Source of the DNA: Burkholderiaceae bacterium
GTDB lineage: Bacteria > Pseudomonadota > Gammaproteobacteria > Burkholderiales > Burkholderiaceae_E
Assembly (NCBI GenBank): GCA_035401985.1
Contig: DAONCJ010000001.1
Span: 1-37,213, forward strand
Direction: 5' to 3'
DNA: 37,213 bases
Within the stretch, counting starts at the first letter, position 1; the number at the start of each line of letters is the position of its first letter. The translations under genes were made by a program, and so were the position numbers. The notes below the pieces were generated by a model that had not been told where the DNA came from, made no database searches, and saw nothing but the letters and a program-made list of their open reading frames with translations. Positions 18,220 through 27,699 of this stretch are shown piece after piece.

Positions 18220-19200
18220 TTGACCTCTCAAAACCGATGGACGCTTGCCGGTCTGGTGGTCGGCGCCGGCTTCTTATGGGTCGCCGTGCGCCAGATCTCC
18301 GTCGGTCAGGCCCTGGGCGTGCTGCGCGGCGCCAGCTGGCCGCTGGTGCTCGCCACCGGGGTGGCGGGCGCCGCCTTCATGTACTTGAAGGGCGCGCGCT
18401 GGGCGCTGCTGCTCGGCCCGGTTGCGCGCGTCGAGACCCGGCTGCTCCACCGGGTGCTGTACGTCGGGGCGGCCGCCAATCTCGGGCTGGCGCATTCCGG
18501 CGAGGTGCTGCGAGCCACCCTGCTGGCCCGCCATGCCGGCGCCGGCGCCAGCGCGGTGCTGGCCACCATCGCCGTCGAACGCATCTTCGACTTCGCGGCC
18601 CTGGCGGTGCTGGCGGCACTGGCCATCGCCATCGATCCGCATGTGTCCCCGCAGCTCAGCGTGGCGGGCGGGATTGCCCTGGCCATCGTGCTGGCCGGGG
18701 TGCTGTCCGCCTGGCTGCTGCTGCGCGCGTCGCCCGCCATGGTGCGTCTGGGCAGCAGTCTCCTCGACCACCTGCCGGCGGCCGCCCGCGACTGGCTGAT
18801 CGACCAGCTGCGCCGGGGCCGCGTCGGGCTCGAGCCGCTGATCGACCCGTCACTGGCCGCTCGCGCGGGCCTGCTGTCCGTGCTGCAATGGGCCTGCATC
18901 GTCGCCGCCATCTGGACCAGCAGCGCGGCGGTGGGCAGCACGCCGCCCCTGACCGGGGCGCTCGCTGCCTTCGTGCTGATGGTGATCGGCCTGACGCTGC
19001 CGGCGCCCCCTGCCCAGCTCGGCACGACGCAACTGGCTTTCGTGGTCGGCCTCGGGCTGGTCGGCATCGACCCCGAATCGGCGGTCGCCGGCTCGCTGAT
19101 CTACACTGGCCTGGTGGTGCTGCCGGTGATGCTGATCGGTGGCTGGCTCGGCCTCCTGACCCCCTGGCCGGCGGCCGCCTCGCGAGCGCAGGACCGATGA
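18220..19200 (+). CDS. Lysylphosphatidylglycerol-synthase TM-domain (YbhN/AglD2-type) flippase-like membrane protein
   Basis: TTG start after GGGAG. Highly hydrophobic, with ARW..LL, GEVLR, ERIFD and P.PAQLG motifs. Confidence 0.82.
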   Translation: MTSQNRWTLAGLVVGAGFLWVAVRQISVGQALGVLRGASWPLVLATGVAGAAFMYLKGARWALLLGPVARVETRLLHRVLYVGAAANLGLAHSGEVLRATLLARHAGAGASAVLATIAVERIFDFAALAVLAALAIAIDPHVSPQLSVAGGIALAIVLAGVLSAWLLLRASPAMVRLGSSLLDHLPAAARDWLIDQLRRGRVGLEPLIDPSLAARAGLLSVLQWACIVAAIWTSSAAVGSTPPLTGALAAFVLMVIGLTLPAPPAQLGTTQLAFVVGLGLVGIDPESAVAGSLIYTGLVVLPVMLIGGWLGLLTPWPAAASRAQDR

Positions 19201-19237
19201 GCGGCCATCACGTCCCGACACAACGAGGAATTCGACA

Positions 19238-20929
19238 ATGAGCACATGGCGGCAACGGGCGGGCTCGCCCTTCGAAACCCAGAAGCGCCCTGCGGTCGGT
19301 TCGCGCGGCATGGTGGTGACCAATCATCCGCTGGCGTCGGCGGCAGGCGCCGAGATGCTGGCGGCCGGCGGCAATGCGGTCGATGCGGCGGTGTCGGCGC
19401 TGTTCACGCTGACGGTGGTCGAACCGATGATGGTCGGCGTGCTGGGCGGGGGCTTCGCCCACATCCGGCTGCCCGATGGCCGCCAGACGATCCTCGAGGG
19501 ACAGGGCCGATGCCCGGGCGGCGTGGGTCCGACGACCTTCACGCCCGATCCCGCCGCGCCGCCGGGAGCACTCGATGCGCTCGGCCGTCGCAACAGCGTC
19601 GGACGCGCCGCGGTGGCGACGCCGGGCAACCTGATGGCCTGGTGCCAGATGCTGGCCAGCCACGGCAGCCTGTCGCTGGCCGACGTGGTCGAGCCGGCCA
19701 TCCGGCACGCGTCGCGTGGCTTCGCGGCCACCAGCTATCTGGCCGACTGCGTGGCCGACTGCGCCGCCGACATGATCCGCGACCCCGAGATCGCCGCCGT
19801 GTTCATGCCCGGCGGCAAGGGCCTCGTCAAGGGCGCCCGCGTGGTCAACGGCGCCTATGCCGACACGCTGCGCCAGATCGTGCGCGAAGGACCGGCCGCG
19901 TTGTATGGCGGCTCGCTGGGCGCCCGTCTGGCGGACGACATGGCACGCCAGGACGGGTACCTGAACCAGGCCGACCTGTCGACGTACCGCACCAACGAGC
20001 TGGCGGTGCTGCGGGCGCGCTACCGCGGCTTCGAGATCACCGGGCCGCCGCCGCCCTGCTCCGGCCCGCTGCACATCGGCCAGATGCTGGGCATCCTGGA
20101 AGGCATGGACATTGCGGCCAGTGGCTCGGGCAGCGCCGACACGGTGCATCTGCTGGCCGAGGTGCTGAAGATCGCCTTTGCCGATCGCGCCGCAGCCACG
20201 GCAGACCCCGACTTCGTGCCGGTGCCGGTCGAGCGGCTGCTGTCGGCGGAGTACGCCGCGCAGCGGCGCGCACAGATCGATCCGCTGCGGGCGCAGAGCT
20301 GGAAGCCCGGCGTGCAGCCCAACGAGGGCGCGAACACCACCCACCTCACGGTGGCCGATGGCGACGGGCGCATCGTCTGCGCGACCCAGACGATCAACTC
20401 GCTGTTCGGCGCGCGCTACATGGTGCCGGGCACCGGCATGATCCCCAACAACTACCTGTACGTCTTCGACCCGCGTCCCGGGCTGGCCAATTCGCTGGCC
20501 CCGGGCAAGCGCGTCACGTCGTCGATGTCACCGCTGATCGTGCTGAAGGACGGCAAGCCGCAGTTCGCGCTCGGTCTGCCCGGCGGACTGCGCATTTTCC
20601 CGTCGGCCATGCAGGCGGTGATCAACCTGATCGATCACCAGATGAGCCTGCAGGAGGCGGTCGAAGCCCCGCGGGTGTGGACCCAGGGCTATGGCCTGGA
20701 GATCGAACCGCAGGTCAGCGATGCGGTGGCCGACGTCCTTCGGGCGCGCGGACACGAGATCCAGCGGGTGCCGAATGTGGGTGGCGGACTTTGCGCGATC
20801 CGCTTCCATGACGGCGGCGACATGGAGGGTGCGGCCTGCTGGCGCGCGGACGGCACGCCGATCGGCGTCAGTGGCGGCCTGGCTCGTCCGGGCGTGCGCT
20901 TCCTGCCCGAGGCGCGCCGCAATTCCTGA
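19238..20929 (+). CDS. ggt: Gamma-glutamyltransferase family (Ntn hydrolase), no signal peptide
   Basis: GAGGA RBS. Motifs GGNAVDAAV, VVEP, GGGF, autocleavage N|TTH, TINSLFG, PGKRVTSSMSP, GLPGG, EAPR. Confidence 0.93.
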   Translation: MSTWRQRAGSPFETQKRPAVGSRGMVVTNHPLASAAGAEMLAAGGNAVDAAVSALFTLTVVEPMMVGVLGGGFAHIRLPDGRQTILEGQGRCPGGVGPTTFTPDPAAPPGALDALGRRNSVGRAAVATPGNLMAWCQMLASHGSLSLADVVEPAIRHASRGFAATSYLADCVADCAADMIRDPEIAAVFMPGGKGLVKGARVVNGAYADTLRQIVREGPAALYGGSLGARLADDMARQDGYLNQADLSTYRTNELAVLRARYRGFEITGPPPPCSGPLHIGQMLGILEGMDIAASGSGSADTVHLLAEVLKIAFADRAAATADPDFVPVPVERLLSAEYAAQRRAQIDPLRAQSWKPGVQPNEGANTTHLTVADGDGRIVCATQTINSLFGARYMVPGTGMIPNNYLYVFDPRPGLANSLAPGKRVTSSMSPLIVLKDGKPQFALGLPGGLRIFPSAMQAVINLIDHQMSLQEAVEAPRVWTQGYGLEIEPQVSDAVADVLRARGHEIQRVPNVGGGLCAIRFHDGGDMEGAACWRADGTPIGVSGGLARPGVRFLPEARRNS

Positions 20930-20950
20930 GCGCGTGCGGGACGCCGCGGT

Positions 20951-22354
20951 TCAGCGCGGATCGATCGGGGTGAACGGCGGGCAGCGGGCCTCGATCACCT
21001 GAGCCGCGTCCAGCACCATGTCTTCGCGGAACCGGCGACCGATGATCTGAACGCCCATCGGCAGGCCGCCGGCCACTCCGGTAGGCACCGACACCGCAGG
21101 CAGCCCGAGCACCGGCACGCCGAACATCGATTCCTGGGCCCGCTCGACCCGGGCCGCGGTCTGTTCGCTTTCCACATCGAGGCCCCAGGGGAAGGGCGGC
21201 TCGCCCGAGACCGGGCAGAGCACCAGCGGATACGTTTCCATGAACAGCTGCCACTGCCGGATCAGGGTTGTCCGGCGCGCCATCGCGCGCATGTGGCCGT
21301 GAGCATCGAGCACCGGCGTGCGGGCGATCATGAAGCCGAAGGACCGCCGGATGTCCGGATCGCCCAGGCGTTCGATGGCGCCCAGATTGAAGTGACGGGC
21401 CTCGCCGTTGACCAGAATGTCCCAGAGTTCGGCCGCCTCGGCCATGGCGGGCGGCTCGACCTCCTCGACCGCAAAGCCGGCGTCGGCCAGCCAGGTGGCT
21501 GCCTGACGGACCGCCGCGACGACTGCCGGATCGGCCGGCGTGCCATGGCAGTTCACCGACATCGCCACGCGGATCGGCCGTGCGGGCGCCGGCCCCTGCA
21601 GCGGCGCCGGCACCCACCACGGGTCGCGCGGATCGCCGGCACTCATCGCCTGCAGCGCCAGACGGACATCGGCAACGGTGCGGGCCAGCGGCCCCTGCAC
21701 CGACATCAGCTGGCCCGACAGCGCGCGCTCTTCGGTGGCCGTGGTCGAGTACGACGGCACGCGGCCGAACGAGGGCCGCAGCCCGCAGACGCCGGTGCAG
21801 TACGCCGGGAAGCGCACCGACCCGGCCAGGTCGTTGCCATGGCCGATCGGGCCCATGCCGGCGGCCACCGCCGCCGAAGCACCGCCGCTGGAGCCGCCCG
21901 GCGTGTGCGCCCGTGACCAGGGGTTGAAGGTCTTGCCATGCAGCGCGTTGTCGGTGAACCACCGGAACGAGAATGCCGGCGTGTTGGTCCGACCGAGGAT
22001 CACCGCACCCGCGCGCCGAAGGTTGGCCACCACCGGACTGTCCGATGCGGCGATCAGATCCTTGAAGGCGACGACGCCGTTCGTGGTCGCGCAACCCGCC
22101 TGATCGACATTGACCTTCACCGTCAGCGGCACGCCATGCAGGGGGGCCAGCTCCTCGCCGCGCGCCACGGCCGCGTCCGCCGCATCGGCGGCGGCCAGCG
22201 CCTGCGTCTCATGCACCTCGACCAGCGCATTGAGCGCCGGATTGACCGCGCGCACGCGGTCCAGGCAGTCGCTCACGGCCTCGCGGCTGGAGATGGCGCC
22301 GTCACGGATCGCGGCCGCCAGATCGGTGGCGGTCCAGCGCCAGAGTTCACCCAT
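20951..22354 (-). CDS. Amidase (amidase-signature family)
   Basis: Motifs LHGVPLTVK, GRTNTP, TPGGSSGG, GNDLAGSVRFPA (Lys-Ser-Ser triad), GLPMGVQ; CAGGAG RBS. Confidence 0.93.
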   Translation of the reverse strand: MGELWRWTATDLAAAIRDGAISSREAVSDCLDRVRAVNPALNALVEVHETQALAAADAADAAVARGEELAPLHGVPLTVKVNVDQAGCATTNGVVAFKDLIAASDSPVVANLRRAGAVILGRTNTPAFSFRWFTDNALHGKTFNPWSRAHTPGGSSGGASAAVAAGMGPIGHGNDLAGSVRFPAYCTGVCGLRPSFGRVPSYSTTATEERALSGQLMSVQGPLARTVADVRLALQAMSAGDPRDPWWVPAPLQGPAPARPIRVAMSVNCHGTPADPAVVAAVRQAATWLADAGFAVEEVEPPAMAEAAELWDILVNGEARHFNLGAIERLGDPDIRRSFGFMIARTPVLDAHGHMRAMARRTTLIRQWQLFMETYPLVLCPVSGEPPFPWGLDVESEQTAARVERAQESMFGVPVLGLPAVSVPTGVAGGLPMGVQIIGRRFREDMVLDAAQVIEARCPPFTPIDPR

Positions 22355-22667
22355 GAACAGCTCCTGTCAGAGCAGGCGCTTGCGCGACTGCGGATGGGTA
22401 CGCAGGGCCAGCCCCGCGAGCCCGGCCATGCCGAGCCAGAATGGCGCGGGAAGAAGCAAGGATGGCCCGAACCGACAGGCGATGGCGCATGGGCTTCCCT
22501 GCAATGGTGAATGTTGAGGCTTGCAGAGTAGCAGCGGCAAGTGCCGCGCGCACCGTGCAGTGCGACAGGCGTTCGCTGCGCTTACGCTGCCGGCGCAGTG
22601 CCTGGATTGTGCGTTTGCCGGCGCCTCAGGCGATGCCTCGGGCGCCTCAGCCCGTGCCTGGGCCGTC

Positions 22668-24404
22668 TCAGCCGATGTCGTCGGCGGCCCTTTGCACCCG
22701 GTTCTTGCCGGCGCGCTTGGCCTCGTACATTGCCCGGTCGGCGCGTCCGATCAGCATCTCCTGCGGCTCGTCGGGCTGGCGCACCGCGATCCCGGCCGAG
22801 AACGTGATCAGTACGCGCTCGTTGTTGTGCATGAAGAAGCGCCGGGTCAGTTCGCGCTGCACGCGGATCATCACCTTCTCGCCGTCCTCGGGGCTGGTGT
22901 CGGGCAGCAGGATGACGAACTCCTCGCCGCCGTAGCGGGCCAGCGAGTCGCTGGGTCGCAGGGTCTCGCGCACAACGGCCGCGAGGTGCTTCAGCGCATC
23001 GTCGCCGGCGCTGTGGCCAAGCCGATCGTTGAGCTGCTTGAAGTTGTCCACGTCCAGCACCGCCAGGCAAAGCGGCGAGCGTCGACGATCGGCGCGCGAC
23101 TCCTCGATCATGAACTGCTGCTCCAGCCCGCGGCGATTCAGCGACCGGGTCAGCGGATCCTCGCGCATCATTTCCGACATCTGCGCCAGTTCGGCCTGCA
23201 GCGTGCGCACCCGCGCTTCGTACTGGATCACCTTGTCGCGCGACGCACTGAGCTCCTGGTGGGTGGCACTGATCTCCAGGTGCATCGTCTGCGTGTCGGC
23301 CAGCAGCCGCTCGAGCACACCGCTCAGCGCGGGCATGCCGTCGGCGCTGCGGATCTGATCGGAGTAACGCGCGATGGTTCCCGAAAACTGACCGGTCGAT
23401 TCGCTGATCGCACCCATCCGGTCGATCAGCGTGGCGGTCAGATGGCGGACCGCCTGCGCCGCCTCGTCCAGCGTGTGTTTGAGCGTGCCCTGCCGGAACA
23501 CGAATTCCTTGTAGCTGCGCTGCGTCTCTTCCAGCGATCGCGCGGTGAGCGGCGCGTCGAGCAGCGATCGAATCCGGTCGGCCTGCCCCTTGACCCACTG
23601 GTCGTCGACCACCAGGTCGCCCATGTTGTGCACCATCAGTCGGACCAGATCATGCAGACCGCGCAGCATCGGCTCGGGACCTTCGCCGCGAAGCTCCAGC
23701 TTCAGCCAGAAGTGCCGCAGCCGGCCGGCGGCCTGATCGATCTCGGCCGCCGACATGGCATGGACGACCGCCTCGACCAGCAGCGCGACCTCGCGCACCA
23801 CCTCGGCGGTGTAGCCCAGGCGTTCGTCGACCAGGAAGGCGATGGTCTTGCCGATCAGATCCTTCAGGGCACGTGCGGCGTCGCGCGAAGCGGCGGCTGT
23901 CGTCGTGTGCTCGGGTGGCGGGATCGCACCGGGGGAGGGAGAAGGCGGCGCGTGGGCCGCCATTGGCCCGGGTGCGGTTTGCGCGTGGGACGCGAGTGTC
24001 TTGTGTGTCTGGGCCAACTGGGCCGCATGAGCCTGAGCCGTCGCCACCTGTCCTGCAGCCGCCTGTGCGGCCGCCTGAGCCCGGGCGAGCGTCGACTTGA
24101 TGATCCGGTTCACCGTGTTCCAGTGCCCGCCCTCGAGGGCCTCGCGCAGCGGTCTGGCGTACTCGGCATTCGGCGATTCGGCAACCAGCGCGCGCGCCAG
24201 GCTCTCCAGCGCGGCGGCGGCCGGCTGAACCTCGGCGAAGCTCAGACCCGCCTGCTGGGCGTACATGCGCGAATAGTTTTCGGGCGTCGGCGGCTTTCGC
24301 TGCTGCGCCAGCTGGCGAAACACCTCGCGGGCGGTTTCGGCGGGACTGCTCCTGGTGTCTGACACGGTGCGGCTCGGTGGGGTGATGGGGGCCGGATCCA
24401 GCAT
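22668..24404 (-). CDS. Soluble diguanylate cyclase (GGDEF)
   Basis: Motifs DPLT, NRR, DVDNFKQLND, GHSAGD, RPSD I-site, YGGEEF, TFSAG, ADRAMYEAK; N-terminal PTPENY and coiled coil. Confidence 0.93.
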   Translation of the reverse strand: MLDPAPITPPSRTVSDTRSSPAETAREVFRQLAQQRKPPTPENYSRMYAQQAGLSFAEVQPAAAALESLARALVAESPNAEYARPLREALEGGHWNTVNRIIKSTLARAQAAAQAAAGQVATAQAHAAQLAQTHKTLASHAQTAPGPMAAHAPPSPSPGAIPPPEHTTTAAASRDAARALKDLIGKTIAFLVDERLGYTAEVVREVALLVEAVVHAMSAAEIDQAAGRLRHFWLKLELRGEGPEPMLRGLHDLVRLMVHNMGDLVVDDQWVKGQADRIRSLLDAPLTARSLEETQRSYKEFVFRQGTLKHTLDEAAQAVRHLTATLIDRMGAISESTGQFSGTIARYSDQIRSADGMPALSGVLERLLADTQTMHLEISATHQELSASRDKVIQYEARVRTLQAELAQMSEMMREDPLTRSLNRRGLEQQFMIEESRADRRRSPLCLAVLDVDNFKQLNDRLGHSAGDDALKHLAAVVRETLRPSDSLARYGGEEFVILLPDTSPEDGEKVMIRVQRELTRRFFMHNNERVLITFSAGIAVRQPDEPQEMLIGRADRAMYEAKRAGKNRVQRAADDIG

Positions 24405-24557
24405 ACGCAGCGCTGGCGTCCGGCAATGGGCCGATCAGCCGAGCCGATGGTGGCCATTTGCCGGGTTGGCCGGGTTGGCCCGGCAGTTGCGAGCGGCATG
24501 CGCACCCATGTAACGTGCCGCATCGCCCATCCGCGCCGACTGCCGTCGCCCGACCCC

Positions 24558-25415
24558 ATGACCCGACTGATCGCCATCTCCGTGCTGACCCTGCTCCTCA
24601 CGGCCTGCGCCCTCCCCCCGCAGGGCGGCGGGAGGCACGCGATCGGCGGCGCCGCGCCGGCCGGGGCGCCGCACCCAGCCATCGACGTCAGCCCCGCCGT
24701 CCGCCTGGACCTGGCCCCTGGCGGACGCCTGAAGGCGGCGATCAACTTCGGCAATCCGATCCTCGCCCAGCGCGATCCGGCCACCGGTGAACCGCGCGGT
24801 GTGTCGGTCGACCTGGCGCGCGAACTGGGCCGGCGCCTGGGCGTTCCGGTGGATCTCGTCCTCTTCGATTCGGCCGGGCGCGTCTCCGCCGCGGCGCGCA
24901 CCTCGGCCTGGGACATCGCGTTCCTGGCGGTGGACCCGGGGCGCGCGGGTGAGATCGCCTTCAGCCCGCCCTACGTGGTGATCGAGGGCGCCTACCTCGT
25001 GCGCGAGTCGTCGCCGATCCGCAGCAACGACCAGGTCGACCAGCCGGGCGTGCGCGTCGTGGTCGGCCGTGGCAGCGCCTACGATCTTTACCTCAGCCGT
25101 GAGATCCGGCGCGCAACGCTCGTGCACGCGGACACTTCACCGGCAGTCACCGACCGGATGATGGCCCAGGGGATCGAGGTCGCCGCCGGCGTCAAGCAGC
25201 AGTTGCAGGCTGACTCGCGGCGCCATCCGGGTACGCGACTGCTGCCCGAGAGCTTCATGTCGATCCATCAGGCGATGGGCACGCCGCGCGGGCGCCTGGC
25301 AGGCGCCGACTACCTGAACCAGTTTGTCGAAGCCATGAAGGCCGAAGGCTTTGTCGCCGCCTCGCTGCGGCGCCACGGCATTGAAGGCGCGTCGATCGCG
25401 CCGGCCGCGCGCTGA
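24558..25415 (+). CDS. Amino-acid-type ABC substrate-binding lipoprotein (PBP2), orphan
   Basis: Start MTRLIAISVLTLLLTAC (LTAC lipobox). Motifs GRLKAAINFGNP, GVSVDLA, WDIAF, GSAYDLYL. Confidence 0.85.
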   Translation: MTRLIAISVLTLLLTACALPPQGGGRHAIGGAAPAGAPHPAIDVSPAVRLDLAPGGRLKAAINFGNPILAQRDPATGEPRGVSVDLARELGRRLGVPVDLVLFDSAGRVSAAARTSAWDIAFLAVDPGRAGEIAFSPPYVVIEGAYLVRESSPIRSNDQVDQPGVRVVVGRGSAYDLYLSREIRRATLVHADTSPAVTDRMMAQGIEVAAGVKQQLQADSRRHPGTRLLPESFMSIHQAMGTPRGRLAGADYLNQFVEAMKAEGFVAASLRRHGIEGASIAPAAR

Positions 25416-25418
25416 ACC

Positions 25419-26948
25419 TCAGTCGCGCGGCAGGCGGGCGCGCAACTCGGTCTTCAGCACCTTGCCATAGCTGTTCTTGGGCAGCTCGGCGATCCGCACA
25501 TAGCGCTTGGGCCGCTTGAAGCGGGCGATGTTGTCGAGGCAGAGCTGATCGAGCTCGTCGTCGCCCACCACCTGCCCCGGCTTGGCGACCACGAAGGCGA
25601 TCACTTCCTCGCCCCAGTCGTGATGGTGGCGACCGACCACGGACACCTCGAGCACGCCGGCGTGCTGCAGCAGCACCTCCTCGACCTCCCGCGGATAGAT
25701 GTTGCTGCCACCCGAGATGATCACGTCCTTCGAACGGTCCTTGAGGGTGAGAAACCCGTCCTCGTCGAAGGCACCCATGTCGCCGGTCCAGAGCCAGCCT
25801 TCGCGCAGCGCGTTGGCCGTGGCCTGAGGGTTGTTCCAGTACCCCGACATGGTCACGTCCGAACGGCAGATGATCTCGCCGATTTCACCCACCGGCACGT
25901 CGCGGCCCACCTCGTCCACCAGGCGCACTTCGACGCCGCTGCGGGCCACGCCGACCGAGGCCAGGCGCTGCTCGAAGCGCGGATGTCCGTCATCGACGTG
26001 CATCGCCTTGCTCATGCAGGTGATGGTGTTGGGCGTCTCGCCTTGTCCGTAGCCCTGCCACAGCCTTGGCCCGAACGTGGCCAGAGCGCTCTTGAGGTTC
26101 TCGACATACATCGGCGCGCCGCCGTAGAACATGGTCCTGATGCTGTCGATGCGAGCCCGGCCGACGCCCGGATCGTTGACCAGGCGCGTGACCATCGTCG
26201 GCGCGGTGAAGAAGGTGGCGCTTGCATAGCGCTCGAGCAGCGCGAACAGCTCGGGCGGATCGAAACCCTGGCTGGCCGGAATGATCTGCTGTGACCCCTT
26301 GGCAATGTGCGGCAGCGAATACAACCCCGAGGCATGCGACAACGGTGCGCAGTGGATCATGCAGTCGCCAGTGCCCACCGAATCGACATCGGCGTAGTAA
26401 CGCAGTGTCATCGCCAGCAGCGAGCGGTGCGTCAGCGTGGCGCCCTTGGGGCGGCCGGTCGTGCCGCTGGTATAGAAAAGCCAGGCCGGATCTTCCGGGG
26501 CCACCGGCTGCTGGCCGATGGCCTCGGACGCGGCCAGCGCGCGATATTCGGCGCCTTCGGAGTCGATGATCCGTGTACCGGCCGCGCTGCTCTTGAGTTC
26601 ATCGGCCAGTGCCCCCGTCAGATCGGGCGTCGCAAAGCAATAGCCGACCCCGCAATTCTCGAGGATGAACGCGAACTCCTTCGGATGCAGCTTGGCGTTC
26701 ATCGGCACGATGCACAGGCCTGCATGCCAGCCGGCCCACATCAGCTCGATGTATTCCGGCGAGTTCTTCATGGCCAGCGCGATCCGGTCGCCGGGCTTCA
26801 CGCCAGGCAGCCCCCGCAGCCCGCCGGCGAGACGGGCGACACGCTGCTGCAGGCCCGCGTAGCGATGAATCAGCTGGTCGCCGAACGACAGGGCGGGCGC
26901 CTGCGGAAAGCAGCGTGCAGCGGCATGCAGGAAGGTGACGATATTCAT
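25419..26948 (-). CDS. AMP-dependent acyl-CoA ligase
   Basis: Motifs FYTSGTTGRPKG, YGQGE, GYWNNP, WTGD, DRSKDVIISGGSNIYPREVE, LPKNSYGK. Confidence 0.93.
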   Translation of the reverse strand: MNIVTFLHAAARCFPQAPALSFGDQLIHRYAGLQQRVARLAGGLRGLPGVKPGDRIALAMKNSPEYIELMWAGWHAGLCIVPMNAKLHPKEFAFILENCGVGYCFATPDLTGALADELKSSAAGTRIIDSEGAEYRALAASEAIGQQPVAPEDPAWLFYTSGTTGRPKGATLTHRSLLAMTLRYYADVDSVGTGDCMIHCAPLSHASGLYSLPHIAKGSQQIIPASQGFDPPELFALLERYASATFFTAPTMVTRLVNDPGVGRARIDSIRTMFYGGAPMYVENLKSALATFGPRLWQGYGQGETPNTITCMSKAMHVDDGHPRFEQRLASVGVARSGVEVRLVDEVGRDVPVGEIGEIICRSDVTMSGYWNNPQATANALREGWLWTGDMGAFDEDGFLTLKDRSKDVIISGGSNIYPREVEEVLLQHAGVLEVSVVGRHHHDWGEEVIAFVVAKPGQVVGDDELDQLCLDNIARFKRPKRYVRIAELPKNSYGKVLKTELRARLPRD

Positions 26949-26985
26949 GGCGGCAACTCGGTGTGGTGAGGCTGGGACGCGGTAC

Positions 26986-27699
26986 CTAGCCCAGGTAGCG
27001 GCTGACCAGTTCCGGATCCTTCAGCAGTTCGGAGGGCGGACCCGACATGGCAATGCGTCCCGTCTGCAGCACGTAGCCATGGTCGGCAATTTTCAATGCG
27101 GCGAACGCGACCTGCTCGACCAGCAGAACCGTCACACCGGAGGCGGCCAACGCACGCAGGGCACCGAAGATGCCGGTGATGATCTGCGGCGCCAGGCCGA
27201 GCGAGGGCTCGTCCAGCATCAGCACGCGCGGGCGCATCATGAGGGCGCGCGAGACGGCCAGCATCTGCTGCTCGCCGCCGGACAGCGATCCGCCCGAAAT
27301 GCGGCGCCGCTCGCGCAGCACCGGGAAGCGGTCGTACTCGCCGGCCAGCCGACTGTCGAGTTCGGCGCGGCCCAGGCCCGGCAGGCTGCCGGCGCCGATC
27401 AGCAGGTTCTCTTCGACGCTCAGGGTCGGAATGATCTGCCGGCCCTGCGGCACATGGACCAGACCCATCCGCGTGACCCGATGGGGCGCCACCCCGGCCA
27501 GTTCCTGGCCGTCGAAGCGGATGCTGCCGGCTCGCAGCGGCAGCAGGCGCGACAGCGCGCGCAGCAGCGTGGTCTTGCCCGCGCCGTTGGCGCCGACGAT
27601 CGCCACCAGCGAGCCGGCGGCGATCTCCAGATCGATGCCGTGGAGCACCGTCACGCCGCCGAAGCCGACGTCCAGCCCCTTGATGGTCAGAAGGCTCAT
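26986..27699 (-). CDS. livF: Branched-chain amino acid-type ABC transporter ATPase (LivF-like)
   Basis: Motifs GANGAGKT, LSGGEQQM, MLDEPSLGLAP, VEQ. Confidence 0.9.
   Translation of the reverse strand: MSLLTIKGLDVGFGGVTVLHGIDLEIAAGSLVAIVGANGAGKTTLLRALSRLLPLRAGSIRFDGQELAGVAPHRVTRMGLVHVPQGRQIIPTLSVEENLLIGAGSLPGLGRAELDSRLAGEYDRFPVLRERRRISGGSLSGGEQQMLAVSRALMMRPRVLMLDEPSLGLAPQIITGIFGALRALAASGVTVLLVEQVAFAALKIADHGYVLQTGRIAMSGPPSELLKDPELVSRYLG

Noticed and set aside
1-19200. Assignment as a PEP-CTERM/exosortase-associated EPS locus or a specific O-antigen locus
   Set aside because: No exosortase, Wzx, Wzz/Wzc, export or initiating transferase gene is visible, and the operon continues beyond the window, so the glycan class cannot be decided.
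24459-24485. CCGGGTTGG x2 inside a 7-bp inverted repeat between the GGDEF and binding-protein genes
   Set aside because: Too short and GC-rich to call an operator or terminator; no U-tract.
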